Source: the human T2T-CHM13v2.0 reference genome, Homo sapiens
Length of the DNA stretch: 64,000 bases
NCBI RefSeq assembly: GCF_009914755.1
Contig: NC_060928.1
Reading direction: 5' to 3' (one strand)
Shown here: one piece after another, positions 13,197-25,318 of the stretch
How positions within the stretch are numbered: position 1 is the stretch's first letter
Layout: each line of letters opens with the position of its first letter
Position numbers and translations under genes: made by a program
The notes under the pieces: generated by a model
Told to the model about the DNA's origin: nothing
The model's input: the letters and a program-made list of their open reading frames with translations, nothing else
The model's database searches: none

Positions 13197-13571
13197 AAAT
13201 CTTTCTGGCTTGTTCTTCTGCCACTGGTTGGAGAAAGCTTTATACTTTCAAGTTGTCGGAGGCATTTGAACTAGAACGACTCCATCTTGAATAGGGGCTG
13301 GGTAAAATAAGGCTGAGATCTGCTGGGCTGCATTCCCAGGAGGTTAGGCATTCTAAGTCACCGGATGAAATAGGAGGTCAGCACAAGATATACATCAAAA
13401 CCCACCAAAAGCAAGATAGCAAGGAGAGTGACCTCTGGTCGTCCTCACTGCTCATTATACGCTAATTATAATGGATTAGCATGTTAAAAGACACTCCCAT
13501 GACAGTTTACAAATGTCATGACAATGTCAGGAAGTTACCCTACATGGTCTAAAAAGGGGAGGAACACTCAG

Positions 13572-13601
13572 TTCTGGGAATTAACCACCCCTTTCCTGGA
13601 A
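13572..13601. promoter_or_regulatory. Tandem GAS (STAT1) motifs of MER41B: TTCTGGGAA 13572-13580 and TTCCTGGAA 13593-13601 (duplicated at 13032-13040 and 13053-13061)
   Basis: Motifs match TTCnnnGAA; MER41B tandem GAS sites are established IFN-gamma/STAT1-responsive enhancer elements. Confidence 0.7.
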
Positions 13602-13720
13602 AACTCATTAATAATCCACCCCTTGGATAACATGTAATCAAGAACCATAAAAAAGGGCAATCAGCAGCCCTCGGGGCTGCTCTGCCCATGGAGTAGCCAT
13701 TCTTTTATTCCTTTACTTTC

Positions 13721-14337
13721 TTTTTTTATTATTATTACACTTTAAGTTCTGGGTTACATGTGCAGAACGTGCAGTTTTATTACATGGCTATACACGTGCC
13801 ATGGTGGTTTGCTGCACCCATCAACCTGTCACCTACATTAGGTATTTGTCCTAATGCTCTCCCTCCCCTAGCCCCCAAACCCACGACAGGCCCAGTGTGT
13901 GATATTCCCCTCCCTGTGTCCATGTGTTCTCATTGTTCAACTCCCACTTATGAGGGAGAACACGTAGTGTTTGGTTTTCTGTTCCTGTGTTAGTTTGCTG
14001 AGAATGATGGTTTCCAGCTTCATCCATATCCCTGCAAAGGACATGAACTCATCCTTTTTTATGGCTGCATAGTATTCCATGGTGTATATGTGCCCATTTT
14101 CTTTATTCAGTCTATCACTGATGGACATTTGGGTTGGTTCCAAGTCTTTGCTATTGTGAATAGTGCTGCAATAAACATACGTGTGCGTGTGTCTTTATGG
14201 TAGAATGATTTATAATCTCTAAGGTATATACCCAGTAATGGGATTGCTGGGTCAAATGGTATTTCTAGTTCTAGATCCTTCAGGAATTGCCACACTGTCT
14301 TCCACAATGGTTGAACTAATGTACACTCCCACCAACA
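13721..14337 (-). mobile_element. L1PA (L1PA7/8-like) 5'-truncated 3' end including the ORF2 C-terminus remnant
   Basis: Poly-T start and L1 3' UTR; ORFs 13937..14143 and 14107..14307 translate to L1 ORF2 (WKTVWQFLKDLELEIPFDPAIPLLGIY; YTMEYYAAIKKDEFMSFAG). Confidence 0.96.
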
Positions 14338-15279
14338 CTTGCTTTCACTTTACTCTATGGACTTGCCTTGAATTCTTTCTTATGCGAGACCTAAGAACCC
14401 TTTATTGGGGTTTTGATCAGGATCTCTTCTTGGATAATAAAGGAATTATAGGACTAGATTTAATCACAAGATTAGATTAGACCCACTCACATAATTTTGC
14501 TATTTGAAGGTCAATCATTGGGGACCTATAATCATAGCAATGACATTTCACCATATTCTTAGGTTCTACCCACACTTATTTTGCAAGGGTGAGGGGTTAT
14601 TGGGGGCCATTCTTAGAATTCTTAGAATTCTCACAGACTTTCTATCAGGATTACAAGATTTATATTGAATGGGTAGTCTAAACTAAGGAAAAGCAAAAAG
14701 TTGACTCTTCACAGGGAGTTTGAGCCCTAGTTCATATAAAGCAAAGAAAATAAATCAGAGATAGCAAGAGACCAAGACAGATAGATGTAATTCGAAGAGA
14801 GAGAAACAGAAACTAACTTGCCATGAACCCAAAGATTGTATATTCTTTTTCCTCTCTGATTCACTAATGTATGCTTTCTAGGAGAAGACATAACATATTC
14901 TAAAATGTTTGTTTTTCTTAAAAGGTATTTGCATTTCCTAATTGGCATATTATTTCATAATTATACTCATACTAAATCTGAATGTTTGAGCCATTCTTAT
15001 GTCTTCCTTCCATGATAAGTTGTTTATGTTGTGGAATGTCTGAGTCTATAATTAAATTATTGTCTCTAACAAGTTAACCATATCCATGCATACATTAACA
15101 TATCATTATAATGTGGGAAAACATAGATGTGTACCATAGAACATCAAGCTGAATGGGGCTCTGCAGATCTGGGTTGACGTTTCTGGTAACTGGTCTCCAT
15201 TCTGGAGGTTTCAAGGGGCAGAACTAAAAACTCCAGAAGAAAGAGAAAATTTATTCTTATCTGAAATAAAGAGAAGGTA

Positions 15280-15637
15280 TGATAATAGGAAATGTTATTT
15301 TACAAATATCTACTCCAATTTCTCTTCCTTTCTACCACGGAAAAAAATATTTCCTCATCACATTCATATTGCTGGGTTTGGCTTGGCTCTTGTGCTGTGG
15401 TGATCCACTGTGATCAAACCATGCCCCTGAGACTGGGCACTAGGACAAATGAATGTGGAGTAGAAATGCCAAAATCTGCTGTTCAACTGAGTCTCCCAGC
15501 AGAACCCAGTCTAGATCAGCTGAACCAAGTCACATACAGACCTGTGAATCTGAAGATAAATACTTGGAATTGCAAGCCCACTGTGTTTTGGGACAGTTTG
15601 TTACACAGCATTGATGCAGCCATAGCTGACTAATACA
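15280..15637 (+). mobile_element. Old MLT1 (MLT1I/J-like) LTR
   Basis: 3' end GTTTGTTACACAGCATTG..ATAGCTGACTAATACA; 5' boundary approximate. Confidence 0.65.
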
Positions 15638-16013
15638 ACAAAGAAAAGAAGGAAAAAATCTTCAGATACAGAATTATGTTTAAATTTAATTAAACTAAAT
15701 ATATACATATTTATGTCTGTACATTTATAGATTATATCTATATATATGACACATGCACTTTTTAAAAATAGCTCCTTTGGCAGAGTTTTGTGTTAATATT
15801 TTCATTAAAAGAGGCTCTTATATGATAATATTGCTCACAATGAAATGTAACAACTGTGTAGCTGGAAGCATTATCTCTCCTCTTTGGGCAACAGTCCCTG
15901 TAGTCTCTTGGTTATTCAGAATTTTAAAGGGACCATATTACCCTATAAACTTAAGCATATGCACAAAACTGCTTTTGGGGAAGGCTATGATTTCTAAACA
16001 ATCTCAGATACAT

Positions 16014-16607
16014 AAGGCCGAATGTCTGTTATCTGAAACGCTTGAGACTACAAGTGTTTTAGATTTCAGATTTTTTTTGGATTTTGGAATATTTGCATAC
16101 GTATTTGCAGATAGAAGCTATTTTATAGCTTGGGGATGAGTTCCAAGCCTAAATCTAAAATTTGTTTATGTTTCATATATACCTTATACGTATAGCCTGA
16201 AGGTGACTTTATAAAATTTTAATAATTTTGCGCCTGAAACAAAGTTTGTGTACACTGAACCATCAGAAAGCAAAGGTGTCCCAATCTCAACCACCCATGT
16301 GGACAATCTGTGGTTGTTTGGCATCATTATCATTCCTGACTCTGAATTTATATGCTATTAATAAGCATTTATTTTCTTACATTTATTCACACATAAGTAC
16401 TTAACAGTAAAATATATGGCATATTGTTAATGCAGTGAAAACATAATATGTTCAGGGTAACCAAGGAGCACAGCAGTGTCACCAGAATACCTGTTATCTT
16501 TTTAAAAACACCAGCAATCAAAAATGGCAAGTCTTCACTTATTCAAAAATGTTTATATTTTGCAGCATTTCGGATCTTAAGTTTTCAGATTATGGATATT
16601 CAACTTG
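16014..16607. mobile_element. Tigger4 (MER46/Zombi) TcMar DNA transposon
   Basis: TTATCTGAAACGCTTGAGACTACAAGTGTTTTAGATTTCAGA at the start and TTTTCAGATTATGGATATTCAACTTG|TA at the end. Confidence 0.8.
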
Positions 16608-17224
16608 TACTACATTTAATTTTGTGATTTCTTTTGTTAAATAAAAAGAAAAATCCTTGCAGATTATATGAAGGTCAGAACTGTCTCTTTGCATCAATAA
16701 AACATCAAAAGAAAAAGAGGACCACTGGGATGGGAAGAACACTTCCAATGCACTACTGAAAACAATGTAAATGGTTGGGAAAGTTGGCCACAAAGTCTTC
16801 TATTTCAATAGTTGTAATAACACATCACTGTTGCATATAAAATGTATCTGCAAATATGTCTATAATGACTGCTGATCATAAGATTTCTTGTTTTATTCAC
16901 TCTGAAGTCTAAAAAAAAAGCAAACTATCTACATAATCCAATTGAATACTCATTACATAAAGTGTTAATAATGTATACCTTCTCATATACAAAAAAAAAA
17001 TGGACGGTTTAAAATTGCTTAGATCACAAGAGCCAATTACTTGGGCAGAATGGGGAAGGTGATATGAATGCATAAATCTTACATATATGCCTTACCATGG
17101 AGGGATAGCTTATATGCATGTGGTTGAAATGAGGAAACCCTCTCTCACCTATAAATTATCATTTAAGCATTCTGTAAAAATTTAAATTCATACTTAAGAT
17201 TCAAATTATTTTTTCCATACAGAG

Positions 17225-17439
17225 CAGGGTTTCTCAATTGCCACACTACTGATATTTGGGACTGGGTAATTCTTCACTGTGGGGAATGACATACTCATGA
17301 TAAGATGCTTAGAAGAATCTCTGGCCTCCACCTACTAGATGCTAGAAGCAGTCCCCTAGTCTGGAGTTGGGACTATCAAAAATGGAGACCAGGCCAAATG
17401 TCCCCTGGGGCCAAAAGCACTCCTAGTTGAGAAGCAATG
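17225..17439 (-). mobile_element. MER20 hAT-Charlie
   Basis: TIRs CAGGGTTTCTCAA / TTGAGAAGCAATG; internal GCCAAATGTCCCCTGGGG. Confidence 0.85.
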
Positions 17440-17600
17440 GTCTCTAGAAATACCATGCAGTACATTCCTTCTTCCAATAATAGATGCTAATCACAGGCAC
17501 ACAAGATAGCCACAATTATATGATGCTTACTACTTGCCAGACACATAGTAGCTCATTTTAATTTTCACAAAAGTCAAATGACCTATATACCATAACTACC

Positions 17601-18011
17601 TGATACAATTTGGATGCTTGTCCCCTCCAAATCTCATGTTGAAATGTGATCCCCCATGGTGAACGTGGGGCCTGATGGGAGGGGTTTTGGTCATGGGGTG
17701 GATCCCTCATGAATGGCTCAATAACCTCCCCATAGTAATGAGTGAATTCTCACTCTATTACTTACTGTGACATCTGGTTGTTTAAAAGAGCCTGACATTT
17801 CTCTTGCTCCCTCTCTCATCATATGACATGCCTGCTCCCCCTTTGCTTTAAATAAAAGCTTCCTTAGGCCTCACTAGAAGCCAAGCAGATGCTGGTACCA
17901 TGTCTCCCATACAGCCTGCAGAACTGTGACCCAACTAAACATTTTTATTTTTTAAAATAAATTACCCAGCCCCAGCAATTCCTTTATAACAATCCAAAAT
18001 GGGCTAATACA
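17601..18011 (+). mobile_element. MST (MSTB/MSTA-like) MaLR solo LTR, inserted into a minus-strand MIR (about 17510-18140)
   Basis: TGATACAATTTGGATGCTTGTCCCCTCCAAATCTCATG..GGCTAATACA; TSD CTACC/CTACT. Confidence 0.88.
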
Positions 18012-21000
18012 CTACTTCTATGTTACTAATGATGAGACTGAGTCATAGAGAAGTGACTTGTTCAGACAGTAAAGGGAGCCTGGATTTGAAAAAGGGCAGT
18101 GGGGCATAGAAGGATAAAGTCCTAAATGAGATTAACTTTGGGACAATTGGATTCCAGAGAGACTGGATACATGGGTAGTATATCCTATAGAACCCTCTGC
18201 TCACATGTTAAATCTGGGAGCTGAGCTAGATTTCAGAAGTCCCTTCCACTACTAACAATCTGTAAGTCTGTAAATTGTAGACAAATCTATTTGGTTAGAT
18301 TTATTCCAATAAAAGCAAGCTGACCACATGTCAGATAAGGTCCAGCTACAGCATAATGGCATGATGGCAGCCTTCCATCTTCACTGATTTAAATTCGTGC
18401 TGTTTTAGTGCATATAACCCCCTTAGATCTGTCTGCTATGAGAAAATTCTGCAAGGAAGAGAAGGCTGCTTACAAAACAGTCTTTCAAATTTCTCCATGG
18501 ATCTCATTGGCAGGTCTTCAAGGTCAGGACCAATCACAGACATGGCTGGAGAATGCCCATAAACTCTTCCTCCTCTAATAGCCAATGGGAGAAAGGGATT
18601 AACTGCTGGTCAGATGACTGTGACTATTAACATTGGAAGCAATTCTGTGCTTGAAAACTTGATCAGTCAAAGAGGGTAAACTAGATTAATAATGGGCACT
18701 GGAAGGAGGGAGCTCTTTTTCACCGAAGTCCCCATGGTCACAACAAATTAGATTAGAGTGCCTGAGAATATGCTAAATTCATAGCCTCATCGAAAATTTC
18801 TCTTTAGTACTTTATCTGTCGCTAGTCTCTCTTCTCTTGCAATGGGTCATTTCAGCTGCTGCTAAAACCAGCTTTCTATTACAGTTTCTCCTCATGTCAT
18901 ACAATTCCTTAAAGGCTGATAGCATCATCGGTCCCTGATTCTTGTCCATTTAACCTCCCTACCCATAGATACAATCCAAGACTGGTACTCATAAATTCCA
19001 AAGGAAAAATAAAGCTGCATATTGCTACCTCTATGACAGGTTACTTTTGGGGAATAGAAGATTCCAGGACAGCTATTTCCTGTGTTTATTGATTATGAAT
19101 CTTGAAGAAAGAAATTTTGTGTGAGCATAACATATACATAAATTTTAAAATTTCAAAAAAACCACAGTTCTCAATCTTTTGAATCTGCCAAAGCCAGCAT
19201 GACACAGTGCCATGCCTAATTTCAGAGAGTACCTCCTCTCTCCCCTTCCGTAGTCAGTTGTATTATCATCCTTTAAAACGCTTTAGAGGGTCACTTACGG
19301 TCACTCATGGCATATTCAGATAGTTTGTAATCCAATTACATTCTTGAAGATTTAAAGAACCAGAAACAAACAAAAACATGCAAACATGAGCTACAGTTTT
19401 TATTGTATGTGTCTATATATAAGAGAGAAAAATGGAGATAGACGTAGATATATGTGAATAAATTGCTGCATATAAAAACATTATTTAATATAAAAAACAG
19501 AAAATAAATATCTTTTTACTTCTTTATTTTAAATGCTAAAAACTTCCTTATAAGGGCATCATTATATTTGGAAAACATATAAACCCATTTAGATTATTCA
19601 AAAGGAATACAGTGATACAAATAATAAAACTGACAAGATATCTAATTGGAATTCTTTTGGTTCTTTCAGTTTACAGTGATAAATTTTACCACACTGAATA
19701 ACTGTAATTTCTACCTGTGCCAAATCTATAGCCAGTCTCATATCTTCTTGCCACTACAATACTAGAAACTTTCCCTGATGAATTATTAAATGATCTTTGA
19801 AGTTGCTACAGTTCATAGAAATGTGACAGTCCAATGTGTCTTAGTGCTGTGAACTGTTACCAAAAAGACTAAACATCCTTGACAGCCTGATAAAAAATTA
19901 ATTATTCTCCTTCCAATGGAAAGAATGCAACTCTGCCAAAACCTGTTAAATGTGGAGCTTTTAGAGTTCTCAATTTCTTCTCTCTTGGAGAGGGCACACT
20001 ATAATTTTTCATGAGGATTAAATAGCACATGTGAAATATCTAACCTTGCCTAGTATCCACTGGATCTTTAGACCTTAGTTCCTTTTCCTACCTTAGAATT
20101 TTTGTTCCCCTAACCGCACTATACTAAATGCCAATGCATATTAGAATAGAGGTGGCAGTGCAAAATAGAAGAATAAAAGAAATATTGTATTATTGCGAGA
20201 AAGGATACCAGTGAAGAGATGTTTACTTCAGATACAGTAAAATATTCAAATACTCCAAGCAAGTTTTTCCCCAGTGAGCCTCTGTTTCTGCCTATGTAGA
20301 CATCATTCGACCTGTCCAGTTATATGTAGGTTATTGTGAAGATTGAAAAAACAAGGGAGAGCTTTTTTAAAAAAAAAAAAACAAAAAACAACAAAAAAAA
20401 AACCTTTGTGTTACAATATATAGATCTTATTTTCAACAGCGATTAGGTAATGGAATTAGTGTAGTAAAGTTTTATTAATGAATGCTGTAATTAGAAAATG
20501 TTAATTCAATATTTGCTTCCCCAGGTTACATTCATTTGGAAAAAAATGCATTAATCTTACCATTTAGTGATAACTCTTTCAGTTCGACCTACAGACACAA
20601 GATCTTGAAATGAAACTGTTGATTAATTTATTTACTCAGTAAAGATGCTACTGGATACAATAGAAATACAAGTCATAAATGTTTTGCAAACAATGATAGT
20701 AATGAAAGATATTAGTCTTTTTCCTTAGAAATTAACTTAGTGGATTGAGACAGTTTACCAGTCTTGCCTTACAAGAACTATTTTAAGCACCTAAAAAGTA
20801 ATCATCCCAAGAGAAAATATAGAGTGCAAAGAGCACTTTGCTATTTCCTCCTGTTATTACAAAGCATAATAAATCACTACTCTGGACTATTTCTTGCCTG
20901 TATCCTGATTAGATAAACCCATAAAGTTTGAAAATGTCTGCAACTGAGAATACTTTTATTTATAAAGCGGGATAGAGGTTGAGGAGGATGTAGAGAACAG

Positions 21001-21823
21001 ATTGTTATCTGTACTTGTCACAGCAAAGCATATTTTTTTAATACTTAGTTTTTTAGGCTTCTGTTGGCAGATTGACCTTTCTTGAGAGTAGCTTATCTTG
21101 CTGTAGAGCAATATTCCCAGACCTCCTGGGGTTCACAAAGTTAAGAAGAAGGAGCATCAGGAAATAAAGAAGACAAGAAAGCAAAACAGAAAAGTAAAAT
21201 AAAATTTCTGCTGAGTTAAAGTAGGGTGTAAAAGAGCCATGGAAATTCCAAAGGTTGTTTTAGAACCTCCTATTTCACATCCTACTCAGCTGTCCAGAAG
21301 AGAAAGCAGCAAAAACACTCAGACTCTTGGGGAAACAAGCATTAGGTGGTGGCCAGTGGGGGTTGAGGGGGGAGTCTCTCTTAAAAGGGTGAAGAAAGCA
21401 CAGATGAAAAGGGCCAGGCAATGCAGACTAGTTGTAAAAGCCTAGAAAATAACATCTGAAAGCTTAAAGGGGGGGGCATAAAAGAGTTGGAATAACAAGT
21501 TGTGAGCACAGATCAGTGTAGTCTGAGAGTTGTTTATTGAAGAAAGATCAGAAACGTTCAAGTGAACCATAGCAAACTTCAAACTGCCATTCACTTCTCT
21601 CACTAGGTTTGTGTTAATCTCCGTTCCGTAAATTGAAATCAATGACAGCAGCCTGGCAGAGGCGTTGAGAGAATTGAATGTGATAATATGTATAAAAATA
21701 CCGGCTGTAATAATTGCATATCTTACACTCCCGATGGAGGTCCACTTCTTTTTTCTACTACTAATGCCAATGCTAGAGGCATAGATAAATAAGAAGCATG
21801 GAGACTGAGATGGGCCTCACCTG

Positions 21824-21875
21824 TCTGGAAGCCTTTTAAGACGCACTTTTCTGGAAGCCTTTTAAAATGCACTTG
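21824..21875. repeat. 26-bp tandem duplication
   Basis: TCTGGAAGCCTTTTAAGACGCACTTT followed by TCTGGAAGCCTTTTAAAATGCACTTG. Confidence 0.85.
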
Positions 21876-22119
21876 TCCTACCTGAGATTCTCCATTCTGC
21901 TTGGTGAGGCACCCTGATGAGGCATTTCACATGTGATCACAGGAGATGTCACCAGGATTATTCTGAGTTTTAATTTAGTCGGTTGTAAATGGGGTCATGA
22001 TAATTCATCATCTTATGTGGTTGTTAGCATAGTTAAAGGATAAAATGAAAGCAAATTTCTTTGTGTGTAAATATTAGCTATTGTTATTATTACCCCCATT
22101 GTTAGCATAAATCAAGAGA

Positions 22120-22321
22120 GTGTCTGTTCTCCACCTTTCCCTTCTTTAATGGAGACACTGGTCACTAGATTTAGGACTTACCCCAAAATGATTTTGTCCT
22201 GAAATCCTTACCTTAATTATACCTAAAAAGTTCATTTTTCCAAATCACCTTCACAGGTTTTCTCAGGCTTAAGAGAGTGACATATCTTTCGGTGGGGAAG
22301 GGGCACAATTCAACCCACTAT
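22120..22321 (-). mobile_element. MLT1 LTR 5' fragment
   Basis: ACTGGTCACTAGATTTAGGAC..GGGGCACAATTCAACCCACTA. Confidence 0.65.
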
Positions 22322-22339
22322 GGGGAGTTAGAAGTTAAG

Positions 22340-22740
22340 CATGTAAATGGACATACATTATTATGTAATGCCAAGTAGTGATAAATGCTCTAAAGTAAAA
22401 ATAAAGCCATATAAGGGGATAAGGGTGAGTGGAGGATGCTCTTTGGAGACAGCAGTCAGTAAAGGCCTCCTGAAGAGGTGACATCTGAGCTAAGATGTGA
22501 CTGAGAGAGTGAGACATGCAATATGGGGGACATGTGTTAGAGGCAGAAGGAGCAGCAAATGCAGAGAGCTGAGCCAGGAAAGTCAAGAAAAATCAGAGTG
22601 GCTGGTGGCACAGCAAGTGAGCAGGCCAGCAGCAGGGAAAGAGAGCAGGGGGCTGTGCTTGTCACAAGAGGATTTTGCATTTTATTCTAGGTTTGATGGG
22701 GAGCCAAGACTGGGCTAAGAACAGCAGAGTCATATTCAAT
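22340..22740 (-). mobile_element. L2 fragment
   Basis: GTAGTGATAAATGCTCT..GGCCTCCTGAAGAGGTGACATCTGAGC..AGGCAGAAGGAGCAGCAAATGCA. Confidence 0.75.
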
Positions 22741-22899
22741 TTCTAAGGCAGACATTCTATTTTAAACCAAACTCCAGACGTGGAGCTAAAGATTTAAGTG
22801 GTATTATAATATCCTCGAATAATTGCTCTGATAATGAGAAAACACCAAGAGCAATTCTTTGCCAATATTAGAACTAAATTCAGTTTGTCCTACCATGTC

Positions 22900-23241
22900 T
22901 TTTCATTATCTTGTGCTTCACTGAACATGTCACGAGTTTGCAGAAACAATTCCTTCTGCCTGCATGCCCTTCCCCAGTGTGCCCCCTCACTCTGCTGTGG
23001 CTTGTCCCTGGTTTGTGTCACGTCCCCCAGATAAGGTCACTCACACTTCCTCCATGCTCCAAGGCGCTTATTGCCCTGGGTGCCTACTTTCTCCTATCAT
23101 TACCATCTGTTTACAAGCCTTCCTCCTTTTCTGACTGTACAGTTCTTTATGGTCACATGTAAATCTTATTAATCTTCATATTACCAGAAACTAGCACACT
23201 GCACACTAGTTACTGAATAAATGTTAAATGAATGAGTGAAT
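22900..23241 (+). mobile_element. L2 3' end fragment
   Basis: Ends CTAGCACAC..AATAAATGTTAAATGAATGAGTGAAT, an L2-type tail. Confidence 0.6.
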
Positions 23242-24965
23242 CTTGGTCCTATTCAATTTTATTTTGCCTGGGTTTATATATTCTCCATCCCACTATTTAA
23301 ATAAACATAGACTTTTTTCTTCTGTTATTTAATGAATAGCCTATAGAAAGGCATTACATTAGCATCAGGACACAATGACCATCTAAACATTTTTTAACAG
23401 TTCACTAGAACTGTACACAGTTATTAGCCTGTTCTTTGCTTGCAAATGCCTCAAGAAGCGAAATAGTGGTACATCCTTTCCCCTGTGTTAAATTTGGGAT
23501 CACAGAGGCAGGGCAAGCTGCATTAACCTGTCTGAGGTCACCCTCCAAGTCACTGCAATGGAGAAGCCAAATCATCAATGCAGAGAGCTGCTTTCTTCCG
23601 TAACTGTGATGTACTGAGTTCACTGAGCCATGCAGTATTTGTCATGCACATGAGTTCTGAAAATCAATAAAATCTGTGAACCATCCCACAAAAATAAAAT
23701 GCAGTGAAAAGAGTCTGCTTTGCTCCCTTCAATTACTCCAGCATGAATGGACCCAACAGCTGTGGTCTTCAGTGGGACTTCCAGGGCAATAAAGTTTTTA
23801 GAAATATTGATTTTCTTGATTTATCAAATTTTCTTGTTTGAGCTTTGCCTAATAAAACGTCAAAGTTGAGCATGTGAAGCTGCGTTAAAGCATGATCTTC
23901 CTGGCAAGAAGAATATGGAATAAAATTGGTTGCATCTTTGGATATGAAATAGAAAAAAAATACCTGAATCATTTTCAACAAAACATATGCTCAAATACTG
24001 GTGGAGATAAAAACCAGTTCAGGTAGATTTCTTTGTCATGCTTGAAAAATACTTTTCTTCAAATACATATTAAATATATTACTATCTAGAGCATCTAAAG
24101 TGAGAGTCTCTTGTCACACATCTAGACAAAATTAGGATTCCTGTGACTCATGTCCCCAGTCATTCTACATTGGTTGTCAGAGTTCATATCTCAACTCCAG
24201 ATTCAGGTCCAGTTTGCTGGTCCATCAGAGGCTGGAAGCATGCTGTGCCAGCTGTGTCTGTAGACACAGCTGTGCGCTGTGAAAAATGCACACTCGGTTA
24301 ACCCTGGAATGATTTTAGATCCTAAATATTGCAAAGGAAAGAGTATCTTTTGGTTTTTTGTGCCTCAATATCCTATTGACATGAATGAATTTTGCTTGAT
24401 AAATTTGTAAAGCCAACAGCCTTTCGACAAAAGGGGTGAGAAACATATGTGTGTTTTGTAATTGAGTAAAAATGGATTTTGAGAATACTATGGAATATTC
24501 ATAGATTATTGGCTTTCGAGTTGGAAGAGCAATTTAGGGATAATTATAACAATCATGATAATTGGTGACCATTTTTAAATATGGTTCTGCCATTGTATGA
24601 TGTGTTTTATCAACAAATATATTAGGTACATGATTCAGTTAACACTACATCCAATTTAAAGAAGAGGACAATCCATTCTAGAGGAGTTAAATGACTTGCC
24701 CCATTCCCACAGTTGATTACTTTTCAGAGATGAACAACAAAGTCAATGCTTCTATCTTCTTGGTTTACAAAGGAATTGCAAACCAAATTTATGAGAGTGA
24801 TTAGCCTTCTCAAGGATGACATGGGACTTTGTCTTTTAACCAGATGATTGCAGAAGTGATTGGCCATTATTGCTTCCTCAAACTTCTAGTTACCTTGAAA
24901 TAACTCTATAGGACAATTTATTGCTAAGAATCTTCTATGGAATACTACTTCAAAAATACATCAGA

Positions 24966-25318
<353 letters not shown>

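Larger units (their letters stand above)
13254..14439 (+). mobile_element. MER41B ERV1 solo LTR, interrupted by an L1PA at 13721-14337
   Basis: TGTCGGAGGCATTTGAACTAGAACGACTCCATCTTGAATAGGGGCTGGG start; carries the tandem GAS block diagnostic of MER41B; resumes ACTTGCTTTCACTTTACTCTATGG after the L1; TSD AAGT/AAGG. Confidence 0.92.
12647..14635 (-). mobile_element. MLT1E-like MaLR LTR in three pieces (12647-13020, about 13196-13253, about 14440-14635), host of nested insertions
   Basis: TGTATT..ATAACAAATTACC..TCTCACAGTTCTGTAGG start and GGGGGCCATTCTTAGAATTC..CACA end are typical of minus-strand MLT1. Confidence 0.8.

Noticed and set aside
13937-14307. ORFs with clear protein homology (also 63560..63928)
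   Set aside because: L1 ORF2 C-terminal remnants in L1 fragments (the 13.7-kb copy is 5'-truncated and frameshifted; the 63.3-kb copy runs off the window); not host genes.
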